Origin: Candidatus Falkowbacteria bacterium
GTDB taxonomy: Bacteria > Patescibacteriota > Patescibacteriia > UBA11705 > JACRDX01
Direction: 5' to 3'
NCBI GenBank assembly: GCA_043798985.1
Contig: JAZDOE010000002.1
Coordinates: 22,500 to 86,499, forward strand
Length of the DNA: 64,000 nucleotides
Part shown: positions 1 to 9,837 of the stretch, piece after piece
Layout of the letters: the number at the start of each line of letters is the position of its first letter
Position numbering within the stretch: position 1 is the first letter of the stretch
The notes under the pieces: model-generated
What the model was told of the DNA's origin: nothing
The model's database searches: none
Seen by the model: the letters and a program-made list of their open reading frames with translations, nothing else
Position numbers and translations under genes: made by a program

Positions 1-28
1 TTGGTCGGCGGTCACATCCACCGCACTG

Positions 29-190
29 GCGCGGAATAAAGAGCGTGTCAAAAACCTATCTTGCGGGACTAGTCCTCCCGTCAGCAGAGAAACACTTTTC
101 ATCCAAATAGCGCCTGCAATCGCATGCCGTTTGCCTTATTGAACGGCATGTCCTGTCAAAATCCGCCAGTAATCGCTCTTTATTCCGCGC
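29..190. repeat. 17-bp perfect inverted repeat enclosing a ~130-nt hairpin-containing segment (candidate ncRNA or miniature element)
   Basis: gcgcggaataaagagcg (29-45) is the exact reverse complement of 174-190; internal hairpin catgccgtt...aacggcatg at ~123-150. Confidence 0.6.
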
Positions 191-225
191 GCCGCAACCA
201 CAGCTTAGGACACAAACGCCCTAAG

Positions 226-1533
226 CTATTTTTTTCCATATAATCCCCAAGCAAGCGCTTTCGTTATTTCAATAACGACTTCTTGCCCTAATAAATTCTC
301 TTCCGCTACAACCGCAAATCGCACCTTTTTCTTCTCCCTGCTTTCCCCCTCCCAACAATCCCCCACTTTTTTCATTACTAAAACTTCAACATCTTTACCA
401 ACAAAACTTTCATTGCGCGCCTGAACAAAATTTTTGAACAACTCATGCAATTTATTCCATTGCCGCGACTTTTCTTCTTTTGAAACATCGTCGTCCAACA
501 ATGCTGCCGCTGAATTTGGTCGCGCGGAATATTTGGAAATATACGCATTATCAAACCCAACTTTTTCAAAAAATTTATATGTATTTTCAAATTGTTCAAT
601 GGTTTCGCCCGGAAATCCCACGATAATGTCCGTGCCAATGTGAACGCCCGGCTTTGCGGCACGAATTTTTTCAATCAACTTAAAATAATCTTCCGCAGTA
701 TATTTACGATTCATCGCCTTTAATATTTCATTATCACCGGCCTGCAAAGCAAGGTGCAAATAATTCATCATTTTCGGCAAAGCCAACAACGCAATAACTT
801 CGTCATGCAAGTCTTTGGGGTGAGCTGAAGAAAATTCCAAACGCGTGATGCCCTCAATTTTATTGACCTCCCACAACAACTTCGCAAAATCATGCGTGTA
901 TTTGTTATCCCTTGAACAAAAATTTTGTTCAGGCGCGCAATATGAATTAACATTTTGACCCAACAAAATGACATGCTTCCTGCCTTCGCGAACCAACTTT
1001 TCAATTTCAGCCAATATGTCTTGCGCTGGCCTGCTTCTTTCTCGTCCGCGAACATATGGAACAGCGCAATACGCGCAAAAATTATTACAGCCAGTCATAA
1101 TCGGAACTGACGCGATATACGGAGAACTGCCAATAGGCGCGCCGCTTAGCGGTTGAACATTAAAATAATCAGAATATTCCAAATCCGCGCCCAAAAACTT
1201 TGCAAATTTATCTAATTCCTTAATATTGAAAATAAAGTCAAAACGCTTGTTAAACGCTTCCATGTCAGCTGGCAAAACACAGCCGGTTAGAACAACTTTC
1301 AATGGTCGTTTCTTTTTCCACTTGTTCCAAAGTTTTAATTTGCCCCAAATTCTATCAATCGCAGTCTGCCGCACCGAACAAGCATTAACCACAATCAAAT
1401 CAGCGTCTTTTTCGTCGCCAGCATTCCAACCGACCCCGCCGATATCGGTGCAAGCCATATCCAAAACCGCGGCAATGCGTTCGCTGTCGCTTTTATTCAT
1501 CTGACACCCCAATGTAAAAATAAAATACCGCAT
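226..1533 (-). CDS. miaB: tRNA-2-methylthio-N6-dimethylallyladenosine synthase MiaB (radical SAM methylthiotransferase)
   Basis: TLGCQMNKSDSE N-terminus, NACSVR, GCNNFCAYC, TDIIVGFPGET and C-terminal TRAM-like region; start taken at MRYFIF. Confidence 0.92.
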   Translation of the reverse strand: MRYFIFTLGCQMNKSDSERIAAVLDMACTDIGGVGWNAGDEKDADLIVVNACSVRQTAIDRIWGKLKLWNKWKKKRPLKVVLTGCVLPADMEAFNKRFDFIFNIKELDKFAKFLGADLEYSDYFNVQPLSGAPIGSSPYIASVPIMTGCNNFCAYCAVPYVRGRERSRPAQDILAEIEKLVREGRKHVILLGQNVNSYCAPEQNFCSRDNKYTHDFAKLLWEVNKIEGITRLEFSSAHPKDLHDEVIALLALPKMMNYLHLALQAGDNEILKAMNRKYTAEDYFKLIEKIRAAKPGVHIGTDIIVGFPGETIEQFENTYKFFEKVGFDNAYISKYSARPNSAAALLDDDVSKEEKSRQWNKLHELFKNFVQARNESFVGKDVEVLVMKKVGDCWEGESREKKKVRFAVVAEENLLGQEVVIEITKALAWGLYGKK

Positions 1534-1603
1534 AATTCGCAAGAATATCACAAAAACAGCATTTTTACAATCCTTTGATAATCCAATTTTTTATGCTACA
1601 ATC

Positions 1604-2029
1604 ATGAACAATAAACATCTCGCAAACGCTATGCCAACTATATTTTTACACAACTTCGTACAATCAATCAAAAACAGCCCGGCGCGAAAAAACAAAACAA
1701 TACTTGCGCTAAACATTTCAGCACTTATCTTCAATCTGGTCAGTTGGTTATTTTTATATTTCAAATTTAAACAAATTCTCGTGGACAAAAACAGTGACAT
1801 TGTGCCATTGCATTATAACATTTACCTTGGCATTGATCTTCAAGACAAATGGTGGAAAGCGTTTATCATGCCATTTTGGGGCGCGATTTTTTTCGTGTTC
1901 AATTATTTATTGACGCTTGCGATATTTCATAAAAAATCCCTAATCAGTTATTTTTTAAGCGCAACGAATTTATTTTTACAACTTATAATTTTGGCCGCGT
2001 GCATATTCACTTTACTTTTAAACATTTAA
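1604..2029 (+). CDS. Small membrane protein (DUF1648-like, VPLHYN motif)
   Basis: Three hydrophobic segments and the motif IVPLHYNIYLGID. Confidence 0.6.
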   Translation: MNNKHLANAMPTIFLHNFVQSIKNSPARKNKTILALNISALIFNLVSWLFLYFKFKQILVDKNSDIVPLHYNIYLGIDLQDKWWKAFIMPFWGAIFFVFNYLLTLAIFHKKSLISYFLSATNLFLQLIILAACIFTLLLNI

Positions 2030-2036
2030 AATACCT

Positions 2037-3089
2037 ATGGAGACCGCGATTGTTTTTAAAATAGGATTGCTCACCATTTGTTCATTCGGACTGGCGCTCG
2101 CACTCACCCCGCTTTTGCTGTATTTTTTACGAAAGTATAAACTTGGCAAACAAATCCGTGACGCGAAATCAGCGCCGATTTTTGCCGGACTGCATGCCAA
2201 CAAAGCTGGCACGCCAACAATGGGCGGAATAATTATCTGGCTGTCAGTGACGCTCTTGGCGCTTGGAATTTTTGCGTTAAATTTACTGGCCGATGACGCA
2301 AATATATTCACGCGGTTAAATTTTTTAACACGTAGCCAAACGCTCTTGCCCTTCGGCGCCCTGCTTCTCGCGGCAGCTATCGGCTTTTTTGACGACCTGC
2401 TTGGCATCAAAAAACTTGGTTCCAAGGGCGGAGGTTTGGATATGAAAATTAAAATCGTGTCCTATTCGTTAATTGCCATAATTTGCGCGGCATGGTTTTA
2501 TTTTAAATTGGATTGGGACACTGTTTACGTTCCGTTCGTCGGCAATTTCGCGATTGGCTGGTGGTTTTTACCAGCGGCGTTTTTAGTAATTGTCGCGACA
2601 GCGTTCTCGGTCAATGAAACGGACGGATTGGACGGACTGGTTGGCGGAACATTGATTTGCGCGTACGCGGCAGTCGGCGCCATTGCCTTTACTCAAGGCA
2701 AATTTGATTTGGCAGCTTTTTGCGGAGCAATAATCGGAGCATCAATTGCTTTTTTGTGGTTCAATATTTTCCCGGCAAAATTTTTCATGGGCGACACAGG
2801 CGCAATGAGTTTGGGAATCGTGCTGGCTCTTATCGCACTTTATACCAACACAATTTTGCTTTTACCGATAATCGGATTTGTTTTCGTCGTTGAAGCGCTA
2901 AGTGTTTTGGTTCAAATTTTGTCAAAAAAAATACGCAAGAAAAAAATATTTTTATCCACGCCAATCCATCACCACTTACAAGCAATCGGCTGGGCAGAAC
3001 CAAAAATTGTGATGCGTTTCTGGCTAATATCTGGCATCGCGGCAGTCGCTGGCGTTATTATTTTCTTGATTGATAAAGGATGGTATTAA
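2037..3089 (+). CDS. mraY: Phospho-N-acetylmuramoyl-pentapeptide transferase MraY
   Basis: KAGTPTMGG, GFFDD, NETDGLDGL, FMGDTG and PIHHH motifs. Confidence 0.96.
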   Translation: METAIVFKIGLLTICSFGLALALTPLLLYFLRKYKLGKQIRDAKSAPIFAGLHANKAGTPTMGGIIIWLSVTLLALGIFALNLLADDANIFTRLNFLTRSQTLLPFGALLLAAAIGFFDDLLGIKKLGSKGGGLDMKIKIVSYSLIAIICAAWFYFKLDWDTVYVPFVGNFAIGWWFLPAAFLVIVATAFSVNETDGLDGLVGGTLICAYAAVGAIAFTQGKFDLAAFCGAIIGASIAFLWFNIFPAKFFMGDTGAMSLGIVLALIALYTNTILLLPIIGFVFVVEALSVLVQILSKKIRKKKIFLSTPIHHHLQAIGWAEPKIVMRFWLISGIAAVAGVIIFLIDKGWY

Positions 3090-3136
3090 AGCAGCTTGTA
3101 GCAAAGTAGCTTGTAGCAGGAATTTTAAAAATCCAA

Positions 3137-4477
3137 ATGATAAATTATACAAATAAAAAAATATTGATTTTGGGGCTTGGAATACTGGGCAAGGGCGTCG
3201 GAGATGCTATTTTTTTCGCAAAAAAGGGCGCGAAAGTTTTGGTGACTGATTTAAAAACGAAAAAACAACTCGCCTCATCCTTAAAAAAATTAGCAAAGTA
3301 CAACAATATAAAATATATTTTGGGAAAACATCGCGAACAAGATGTTTTGAACGCTGATTTGATAATTCGCAATCCTGATGTTCCGCTGAATTCCCCGTTT
3401 TTACAGCTCGCTTTCAAAAAAAATATTCCGGTTGAAATGGATGACTCGCTTTTTGCCAAACATTGTCCTTGCACTTTGATCGGTGTCACAGGAACGCGCG
3501 GTAAAACGACAACAACAACATTGATTGGCGAACTCGCGAAACTTACTGGCCGCAAAGTTTTTGTGGCAGGAAATATCAAGGGCACCGCAACATTGCCGCT
3601 GATTGATAAAGTAAAACCAAATGACATTGTCGTGTTGGAACTTTCAAGTTGGCAATTGCAAGGATTTAAATGGGACAAAATCAGTCCGCACATTTCGGTT
3701 TTTACAAATATTTATCCGGACCATTTGAATCGTTATGATTCAATGAAAAAATATATTGATGACAAAAAAAATATCTTTAAATTTCAAAAACCGACTGACT
3801 TTGTTATTTTGAACAAAGAAAATAGCTTTACCCGTGAAGCAAAAAAAGAATGCGGGGCGCAAGCCCTTTGGTTTGAAAAATCGCAAGTGCCAAAAACGTG
3901 GAAACTTAAAATGCTTGGCGCGCATAATTTGGAAAATGCTGCCGCGGCCATGCAAGTTGGAAAAATTCTTGGCTTAACAATGGAGCAAATGAAAAAAACA
4001 ATTTGCGATTTTCCGGGCGTTGAACATCGTTTGGAGCACGTGGCAACAATCAAAGGCGTGAACTTTATTAATGACACAACATCAACAACGCCGATCTCCG
4101 GACAAATCGCTTTAAAAACAGTGCGGAAACCAATAATTTTAATTGCCGGCGGCGCGACCAAAAAATTGAACCTTTCCAGTTTTGGTCGCGCCATTTCCAA
4201 AACAGTAAAAGCCGTAGCACTTTTAAATGGAACGGCCACCGCTGAATTGGAAAAAGCAATTATTAAAAGCGGTGGCCGCAAATTAATATTGGGAAAATTT
4301 GATAATCTCCTCCCTGCGGTCCGCGCTTGTATCAGCACAAGCAAAAAAGGCGACACAATTTTACTATCGCCCGGCTGCGCAAGTTTTGGCATTTTTAAAA
4401 ATGAATTTGACCGCGGCGAAAAATTTAAAAAAATAGTAAAAAAATATGCAAAAGCTGCGATCAGAATCCAAAATTGA
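3137..4477 (+). CDS. murD: UDP-N-acetylmuramoyl-L-alanine:D-glutamate ligase MurD
   Basis: GVTGTRGKTTT, ELSSWQL, DHLNRY, HRLE and LLSPGCASF motifs; located between mraY and ftsW. Confidence 0.95.
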   Translation: MINYTNKKILILGLGILGKGVGDAIFFAKKGAKVLVTDLKTKKQLASSLKKLAKYNNIKYILGKHREQDVLNADLIIRNPDVPLNSPFLQLAFKKNIPVEMDDSLFAKHCPCTLIGVTGTRGKTTTTTLIGELAKLTGRKVFVAGNIKGTATLPLIDKVKPNDIVVLELSSWQLQGFKWDKISPHISVFTNIYPDHLNRYDSMKKYIDDKKNIFKFQKPTDFVILNKENSFTREAKKECGAQALWFEKSQVPKTWKLKMLGAHNLENAAAAMQVGKILGLTMEQMKKTICDFPGVEHRLEHVATIKGVNFINDTTSTTPISGQIALKTVRKPIILIAGGATKKLNLSSFGRAISKTVKAVALLNGTATAELEKAIIKSGGRKLILGKFDNLLPAVRACISTSKKGDTILLSPGCASFGIFKNEFDRGEKFKKIVKKYAKAAIRIQN

Positions 4478-5552
4478 TTTTTGGCTGATTGCCAGTTTCG
4501 CGATGCTTTTGCTCATCGGCATATTTACTCTTGCGTCTGCTGGCACTGCCACTGGATTCCAAACGTTTGGCGACAGTTTTTACTTTTTAAAACACCAACT
4601 GCTCTTTGGACTTTTGCCCGGCATTGTTCTCTGCGTCGCGTTGTCAATAATCAACTATCAAATTTGGCAAAAAATTTCACCGATTTTTTTATTCATTTCA
4701 ATCGGATTATTGATCTTGGTATTTATTCCCGGGCTTGGCATGACGTTGAACAACGCCAAAAGCTGGGTGGACATTGGACCAATCCATTTTCAACCCGCGG
4801 AAATTGTTAAATTGCTTTTCATACTTTATTTAAGCGGCTGGCTGGCACGCCAATCTGACGCAAAAGTCAAAAGTTTTTCCTACGGTTTCTTGCCATTCAT
4901 TTTGTTAATAGGAATAATCGCCGCGCTTGTGATCGCGCAACCAGACATCGGAACTTTATCAATAATTCTTTTTGCCTCTTGCGCGATATATTTTGCGCGC
5001 GGCGCAAATTTAAAACACATTGGATTTTTATCTGCAATCGGCGCCGCGCTATTTTTCGCGCTCGTAAAACTCGCGCCATACAGAGCAGACCGTCTCATGA
5101 CATTTTTGCATCCAGAACTTGACCCGCAAGGCATTGGCTACCACATTAACCAAGCATTTTTGGCAATAGGCACTGGCGGATTTTTCGGTCTCGGAATCGG
5201 CAATTCCAGACAAAAATTTCAATATTTGCCAGAAGCAACCGGCGATTCAATTTTCGCGATATTCGCGGAAGAAATGGGATTTATTTGTTGCATCATACTT
5301 TTAGGGCTGTTCATTTTTCTGGCGCTACGAATCTACCGCCTGATACAAAAAACTGATGACCCTTTTGCAAAACTGGCCGCAACCGGCATTTTGAGCTGGT
5401 TTTTGTTCCAATCTTTTTACAACATCGCATCCATGATCGGACTTTTGCCAATGACCGGCGTCCCCTTGTTATTCATAAGTTTTGGCGGAACCGCGCTAAT
5501 AACGGCAATGGCAGCAATGGGTATTTTAATAAATATTTCCAAAAAAAATTAG
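4446..5552 (+). CDS. ftsW: Peptidoglycan polymerase FtsW (SEDS family)
   Basis: FQPAEIVK, QPDIGT, YLPEATGDSIF and TGVPLLFISFGGT motifs; directly after murD. Confidence 0.93.
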   Translation: MQKLRSESKIDFWLIASFAMLLLIGIFTLASAGTATGFQTFGDSFYFLKHQLLFGLLPGIVLCVALSIINYQIWQKISPIFLFISIGLLILVFIPGLGMTLNNAKSWVDIGPIHFQPAEIVKLLFILYLSGWLARQSDAKVKSFSYGFLPFILLIGIIAALVIAQPDIGTLSIILFASCAIYFARGANLKHIGFLSAIGAALFFALVKLAPYRADRLMTFLHPELDPQGIGYHINQAFLAIGTGGFFGLGIGNSRQKFQYLPEATGDSIFAIFAEEMGFICCIILLGLFIFLALRIYRLIQKTDDPFAKLAATGILSWFLFQSFYNIASMIGLLPMTGVPLLFISFGGTALITAMAAMGILINISKKN

Positions 5553-5578
5553 CCCCGCATCACGTGGAATACAGGGCA

Positions 5579-5986
5579 TTACCTTAAGTTCATATCTTTC
5601 AACTTCTTCCGCAGAAGTTGTTTTTCTTTTGCGCGCGCATCACGGCTGCGCAGACGTGACGTTTTGTGCCTCCTCTGCCAGCAGGTAATTACCACCAGCC
5701 TGTCCCGTATTTGACGATCCATCGCCACGATAAAGTCAAAGCATCCGCTCCTAAATCTCCATACGTTGTTTTGTTTATCTTGCGGGGTTCGACCAATGAT
5801 TTTTGCGGCACGCAATAATTTCTCTATCACTGCCGCAGGATTTTTTGGCAAAGTATTCACGTCTTTAATGAACTCCTGAATTGCGTGGGGTGTCACGAAT
5901 ATGGCAACATTGCCAAAAATATCTTGCCTGCGCTTTTTGGGCGGCGCTTGGCTACGCTCAAGCACCTCTTTTTCATGTTCATCCAT
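5579..5986 (-). CDS. Hypothetical basic protein, weakly DUF4258/RNase-toxin-like
   Basis: 135-aa ORF with AGGAGG RBS; TPHA...F and VVITC segments recall DUF4258-type folds (weak resemblance). Confidence 0.5.
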   Translation of the reverse strand: MDEHEKEVLERSQAPPKKRRQDIFGNVAIFVTPHAIQEFIKDVNTLPKNPAAVIEKLLRAAKIIGRTPQDKQNNVWRFRSGCFDFIVAMDRQIRDRLVVITCWQRRHKTSRLRSRDARAKEKQLLRKKLKDMNLR

Positions 5987-6244
5987 TGCAACCCTCCTAA
6001 AAAATCAAGAAAAGACCAACAATCCACCTTATTATAAGCGGAAATTGAATTTTAACAAACCATTTCAATTTGTCAATACTTGACTTATGCTTGTCAATAA
6101 AGTAGAATAAGGCATAGATAATCAATAAATGACAAATATCAAATTTCAAATCAAATCCAAAGGTCAAATAACAAAAACATTTGACATTCAGATTTTGACA
6201 TTGAATTGACATTTGAAATTTGTAATTTGATATTTTCTATTAAT

Positions 6245-6529
6245 ATGGCCCATAAAAAAGCAGGCGGCAGTACAGTCCTTGGTAGAGATTCAAAAGCGCA
6301 ACGACTTGGAACAAAGCTCTATGGCGGGCAAATAGCAAAACCCGGCGATATTATTGTTCGCCAACGCGGCACAAAAATCAATCCGGGATTGAACGTAATG
6401 CGCGCGACAGACGACACTCTTTTCTCTACGGCAAACGGCATTGTCACTTTCACTGACAAGCGAAAAACCCGCTTTACCGGCAAAACTGAAAAAAGAAAAT
6501 TCGTGAGTGTCCTTCCATCAACAAAATAA
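6245..6529 (+). CDS. rpmA: 50S ribosomal protein L27
   Basis: [10 protein letters not shown]...GRDS...RLG.K...IIVRQRGTK. Confidence 0.97.
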   Translation: MAHKKAGGSTVLGRDSKAQRLGTKLYGGQIAKPGDIIVRQRGTKINPGLNVMRATDDTLFSTANGIVTFTDKRKTRFTGKTEKRKFVSVLPSTK

Positions 6530-6549
6530 TTTAATCGCTCTATAAAAAG

Positions 6550-6580
6550 TCCCCTGCTAATTTTTAGCAGGGGTGTTTTG
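6550..6580 (+). terminator. Intrinsic (probably bidirectional) terminator
   Basis: cccctgctaa-ttt-ttagcagggg hairpin followed by T-rich tract, between convergent genes. Confidence 0.75.
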
Positions 6581-8209
6581 TTACAATGACAGCGAAATGT
6601 CGTTGCCAAAATATGCGAGCTCCCCGTTCATTGTTGAGTACTGCACATGATATTGCCCCGCGGGAATATCACCAATCTCCACATGGTAATATTCATCCGC
6701 TGAAATTTCAACTTTTTGCGCGTTGGAAAAGTCATTGCCAACGCTATCCTGCTCAATATCAACCAGCGCAAAATCTGCCCTATACAAATAATACGCTGAC
6801 AACGCGATGCACTTGTTGCCGCACGATTTTGCAACAGCCGGCTTCCACTCGTAGCACACAAAATCTGTAAAAAACAGCTCGCCTTCACCGTTGAAATCAA
6901 TCACTCCGTTGTGATTCACAAACGAATGATCGCACTGAATCTGCGCCAACGTTGGATCAAATCCTGACCAATTTGGCGTCGCGCAATTGTAATCCACCCA
7001 CGGAAATCCGCGCTCGCATATCTGCTCCTTTGTCAGCGCGAATTTCAACGTTTCCAGCGCAGTCAATTCCCCGTTTGCGCCATACCACAACCATGCGTTC
7101 ATACCGCTTGGGCACACAATCTCGCATTTTACCCCACCATCGGCACGGTCAACATTATCAACCGCCTGCGCCAGCGTTATTTCATCAGCCTGCGACAACG
7201 ACTCAACATCTTCCTGCGTTTGCTTATCCGCCAACTTGTCCGCCGAAGCGTCAGCGAAGGCAGGATCAACCGTCGCATCCGGTTCAACACTGCCATACGC
7301 ATCATCGCCGACAACATCTGCTGGCTCATCCTGAAAAATTGACACATCAGGCGCGACAAACGGCTCTTCGTTTTCCTCGGGATCAATGCCTTGCGGCACT
7401 GCGCACATTGTCGCTGTTTCAAGCGAAATGGCTGTCCCGAATTTTACGAATGACGCGTAAAATTCATCATCATCTCCGCACGTATTCATCGGCGCGCTCG
7501 CATAGCCCATGGCCTGAAATACTTCGTAATTCAGGAATGGCCGCAAAACGCCATTGCCATCGGCAACAAAAATCACTCCCGCGCCAAAACCTTCAACGCT
7601 GAAAAGCGGTTTGACGAGCGCGCCGGCTCTCACAAACAACGGGTTGCTAAACTCACATTTGTGAAAATACTTTTGCTCTGCATCATAGCCTGACAAAACT
7701 TCTGCTTGCCCTGCCTCACATCCCCATGTTTTCAGCGCGAGCAGAGTTGGAATAGGATAGATCATACATCCGCTTTCTTCAGATTCTTTTTCAAGCATGT
7801 AAAAAGAATCATCGCCAAGCACTTGAAACAACTTCCGTTTTGGCTGCCAGTCAACGACCCAGCTTTCTTCGTAGCATGCCATTTCTTCTGGCGTAGCAGT
7901 GATCACCTGCTCCCATTTCCAGCCATGCGCATTGAAAACCGCCTCGTCCGCGATCCAATGCTTTTTCTCGCCATCAACAACATAGACATTTGCAGAAACA
8001 GAATCTTTCAACAAAGTTCCTGCCGGATGCCACGTGACGATTACGCTTGAACCATCGTCAATCCATTGCGCAACATCGCTGTTGTTTGCAGGCAAAAGCG
8101 CCTGCTCCTTTTCCGTGCCATACGGCTCATCCACCTGCATGCTACGAGTACAATTCAACACGCAGCACACAATAAACGCCCCAACAGTCACCAGCGCCAG
8201 CGTTTTCAT
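6581..8209 (-). CDS. Hypothetical secreted/lipoprotein with acidic linker and Cys-containing C-terminal domains
   Basis: 542-aa ORF, GGAGG RBS, N-terminal hydrophobic signal with Cys, D/E-rich linker. Confidence 0.65.
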   Translation of the reverse strand: MKTLALVTVGAFIVCCVLNCTRSMQVDEPYGTEKEQALLPANNSDVAQWIDDGSSVIVTWHPAGTLLKDSVSANVYVVDGEKKHWIADEAVFNAHGWKWEQVITATPEEMACYEESWVVDWQPKRKLFQVLGDDSFYMLEKESEESGCMIYPIPTLLALKTWGCEAGQAEVLSGYDAEQKYFHKCEFSNPLFVRAGALVKPLFSVEGFGAGVIFVADGNGVLRPFLNYEVFQAMGYASAPMNTCGDDDEFYASFVKFGTAISLETATMCAVPQGIDPEENEEPFVAPDVSIFQDEPADVVGDDAYGSVEPDATVDPAFADASADKLADKQTQEDVESLSQADEITLAQAVDNVDRADGGVKCEIVCPSGMNAWLWYGANGELTALETLKFALTKEQICERGFPWVDYNCATPNWSGFDPTLAQIQCDHSFVNHNGVIDFNGEGELFFTDFVCYEWKPAVAKSCGNKCIALSAYYLYRADFALVDIEQDSVGNDFSNAQKVEISADEYYHVEIGDIPAGQYHVQYSTMNGELAYFGNDISLSL

Positions 8210-8344
8210 GACAAACCTCCAACCAAGTTGTTAATGAACATTCCTTGTTTTTATCGTATCCAATTTGTGGCAACAACCCAATAAAAATGTTATGCACTTC
8301 TGACGCGTTAATAAAACTTTTAAAATTTAATCTATTTTTGCAAC

Positions 8345-8374
8345 AAAAAACGCCCCAGCTTTGTTAGCCGAGGC
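8345..8374 (-). terminator. Intrinsic terminator closing the candidate ncRNA
   Basis: Minus strand reads gcctcggct-aacaa-agctggggc-gtttttt. Confidence 0.7.
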
Positions 8375-8399
8375 TGACGGAAAAGAAAAAAGGAGCGTC

Positions 8400-8881
8400 A
8401 GGTGTAGACCGCTCCATTCATGTTCGCTCTTGAGACTACGACGGCCCAATCCTCCCACTTGGTTTTACGATGTTCATCTCCCACGCACCAGAGGCTCCAC
8501 AACGCTGTGACTTAATTCTCTGCGTTGTCATGTCTGGATTTACCATGTTTGATTACTTACCGATATTCCAAATTTCGGAACCGGGTAGAAGTGACACTCG
8601 TCCCATTGCTGGGACACCCTAAACGTATCGTACTCATCCCTTTCAGGACTTTCCGCTCCACTTAGGGTTCACTTCCTGCATGATCCGCCGGATAGGCTTT
8701 TTTGTTATCCGCGTTACGGGGCCATATCATCCCGCTCGCTTCGTTCTATTGGTCCATTCTTCCACCTCCCTTGTCAAAAAATGACAGAACTCTTGCCAGC
8801 TGATGAGTAGAGCAAAATGTCTCTCTTTCGAAGAGACTCGCCCAAGAGGCGGCTCACCCATCAATAGATCCTACACAGAAC
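8400..8881 (-). ncRNA. Candidate large structured non-coding RNA (~480 nt)
   Basis: No ORF in the track; consensus promoter upstream and terminator downstream; 5'/3' ends complementary (GUGUAG/CUACAC); GAAA- and GCAA-capped hairpins. Confidence 0.7.
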
Positions 8882-8887
8882 ATATAC

Positions 8888-8916
8888 ATTATAGCACGCC
8901 AACAAAAATATGTCAA
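8888..8916 (-). promoter_or_regulatory. Perfect consensus sigma70 promoter
   Basis: Minus strand TTGACA-17 nt-TATAAT (ttgacatatttttgttggcgtgctataat). Confidence 0.85.
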
Positions 8917-9020
8917 TAGCCCAAGCTAAATCACATAAAATCGCTCTAAATTTACCACCACACCAGCAATGGTGTGGTGGTTTACGCGCACGCTTGACAT
9001 AAAAATCGAGATTTGCTAAC

Positions 9021-9049
9021 GTAGAGACGTGATAGTATCGCGTCTCTAC
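9021..9049. repeat. GTAG-type REP-like palindrome, copy 1
   Basis: gtagagacgtgatagtatcgcgtctctac. Confidence 0.7.
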
Positions 9050-9075
9050 AACCAATCCAACCAAAGGAGGCGGCA

Positions 9076-9681
9076 ATGCGCAAATTCATGCTATTGTCCG
9101 CCCTGATCTTGGGCGGATGTTCATTTGTGGTGAATTGGGGCACAATAACAGATTCAAATGATGACGCGGCTGATTTTGCAGTCATTGCAGACATTGACGT
9201 TATTGAAGCCAATGATTTAATCAGCACGGACTGGGCAGTTGACACTGAAGAGTTAACAACTGAAGAAGTTGAATATACGGATGCGCAAAACTGCGCGGAA
9301 AACGAGTACTGGGAGCCGCACTTCAACAAATGCGCGTTTTACCCGTGTTGTGAAATCAAAGGCAATTGGACGTTTGTGTTCAATGACATGACGACTTTTC
9401 CGTGGAAACCAATCACCTACTCTGCCAAACTCACGCAGAACAAGGCGTATGTAAAGTTGGAAATCACCAGCGATGGTACCTTGCCATTGCCTGAAACCAT
9501 GAGCGGCACTTTGGAAAAAAGCGTCCTGCACTTGGACGGAGAAAATGACAGCGGCTTTTTGACACTTGATGCTGTGGATGTCAAAAAGCAACTTGAATCT
9601 GACAAAGTTGAAGGAGACTATGTCTGGCTCAAGGCTGACGGCGCGCAGATGGCAGGAACCTTCTACTTGCAACGTTTGTAA
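9076..9681 (+). CDS. Hypothetical lipoprotein with acidic N-terminus and beta-barrel-like C-terminus
   Basis: AGGAGG RBS; MRK-hydrophobic-LGGC lipobox. Confidence 0.7.
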   Translation: MRKFMLLSALILGGCSFVVNWGTITDSNDDAADFAVIADIDVIEANDLISTDWAVDTEELTTEEVEYTDAQNCAENEYWEPHFNKCAFYPCCEIKGNWTFVFNDMTTFPWKPITYSAKLTQNKAYVKLEITSDGTLPLPETMSGTLEKSVLHLDGENDSGFLTLDAVDVKKQLESDKVEGDYVWLKADGAQMAGTFYLQRL

Positions 9682-9705
9682 AGACGAGATATATCTCGTC
9701 TCTAC
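9678..9705. repeat. GTAG-type REP-like palindrome, copy 2
   Basis: gtaaagacgagatatatctcgtctctac, related to 9021-9049. Confidence 0.65.
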
Positions 9706-9717
9706 CTTAAACACCCA

Positions 9718-9748
9718 CCCCCTGCCAAAACTTGGCAGGGGTATTTTT
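9718..9748 (+). terminator. Intrinsic terminator
   Basis: cccctgccaa-aac-ttggcagggg followed by tatttttt. Confidence 0.8.
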
Positions 9749-9837
9749 ATTCAATTTACAACGAATAAAAAATATGAGACAATTAACATAAATCCGAAAC
9801 AATAGTTTAGGATTTCGCATTTCGGATTTATCTAATT

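Noticed and set aside
8630-8665. RNase P RNA call from GGAAAGUCC
   Set aside because: The upstream GA and the 3' P4 partner (ACAGAA...GGCUUA-like) were not found; left to cmscan.
8790-8850. Possible hammerhead ribozyme (CTGATGAG on + strand)
   Set aside because: No correctly placed GAAA or stem II/III; the motif is the complement of a helix in the minus-strand RNA.
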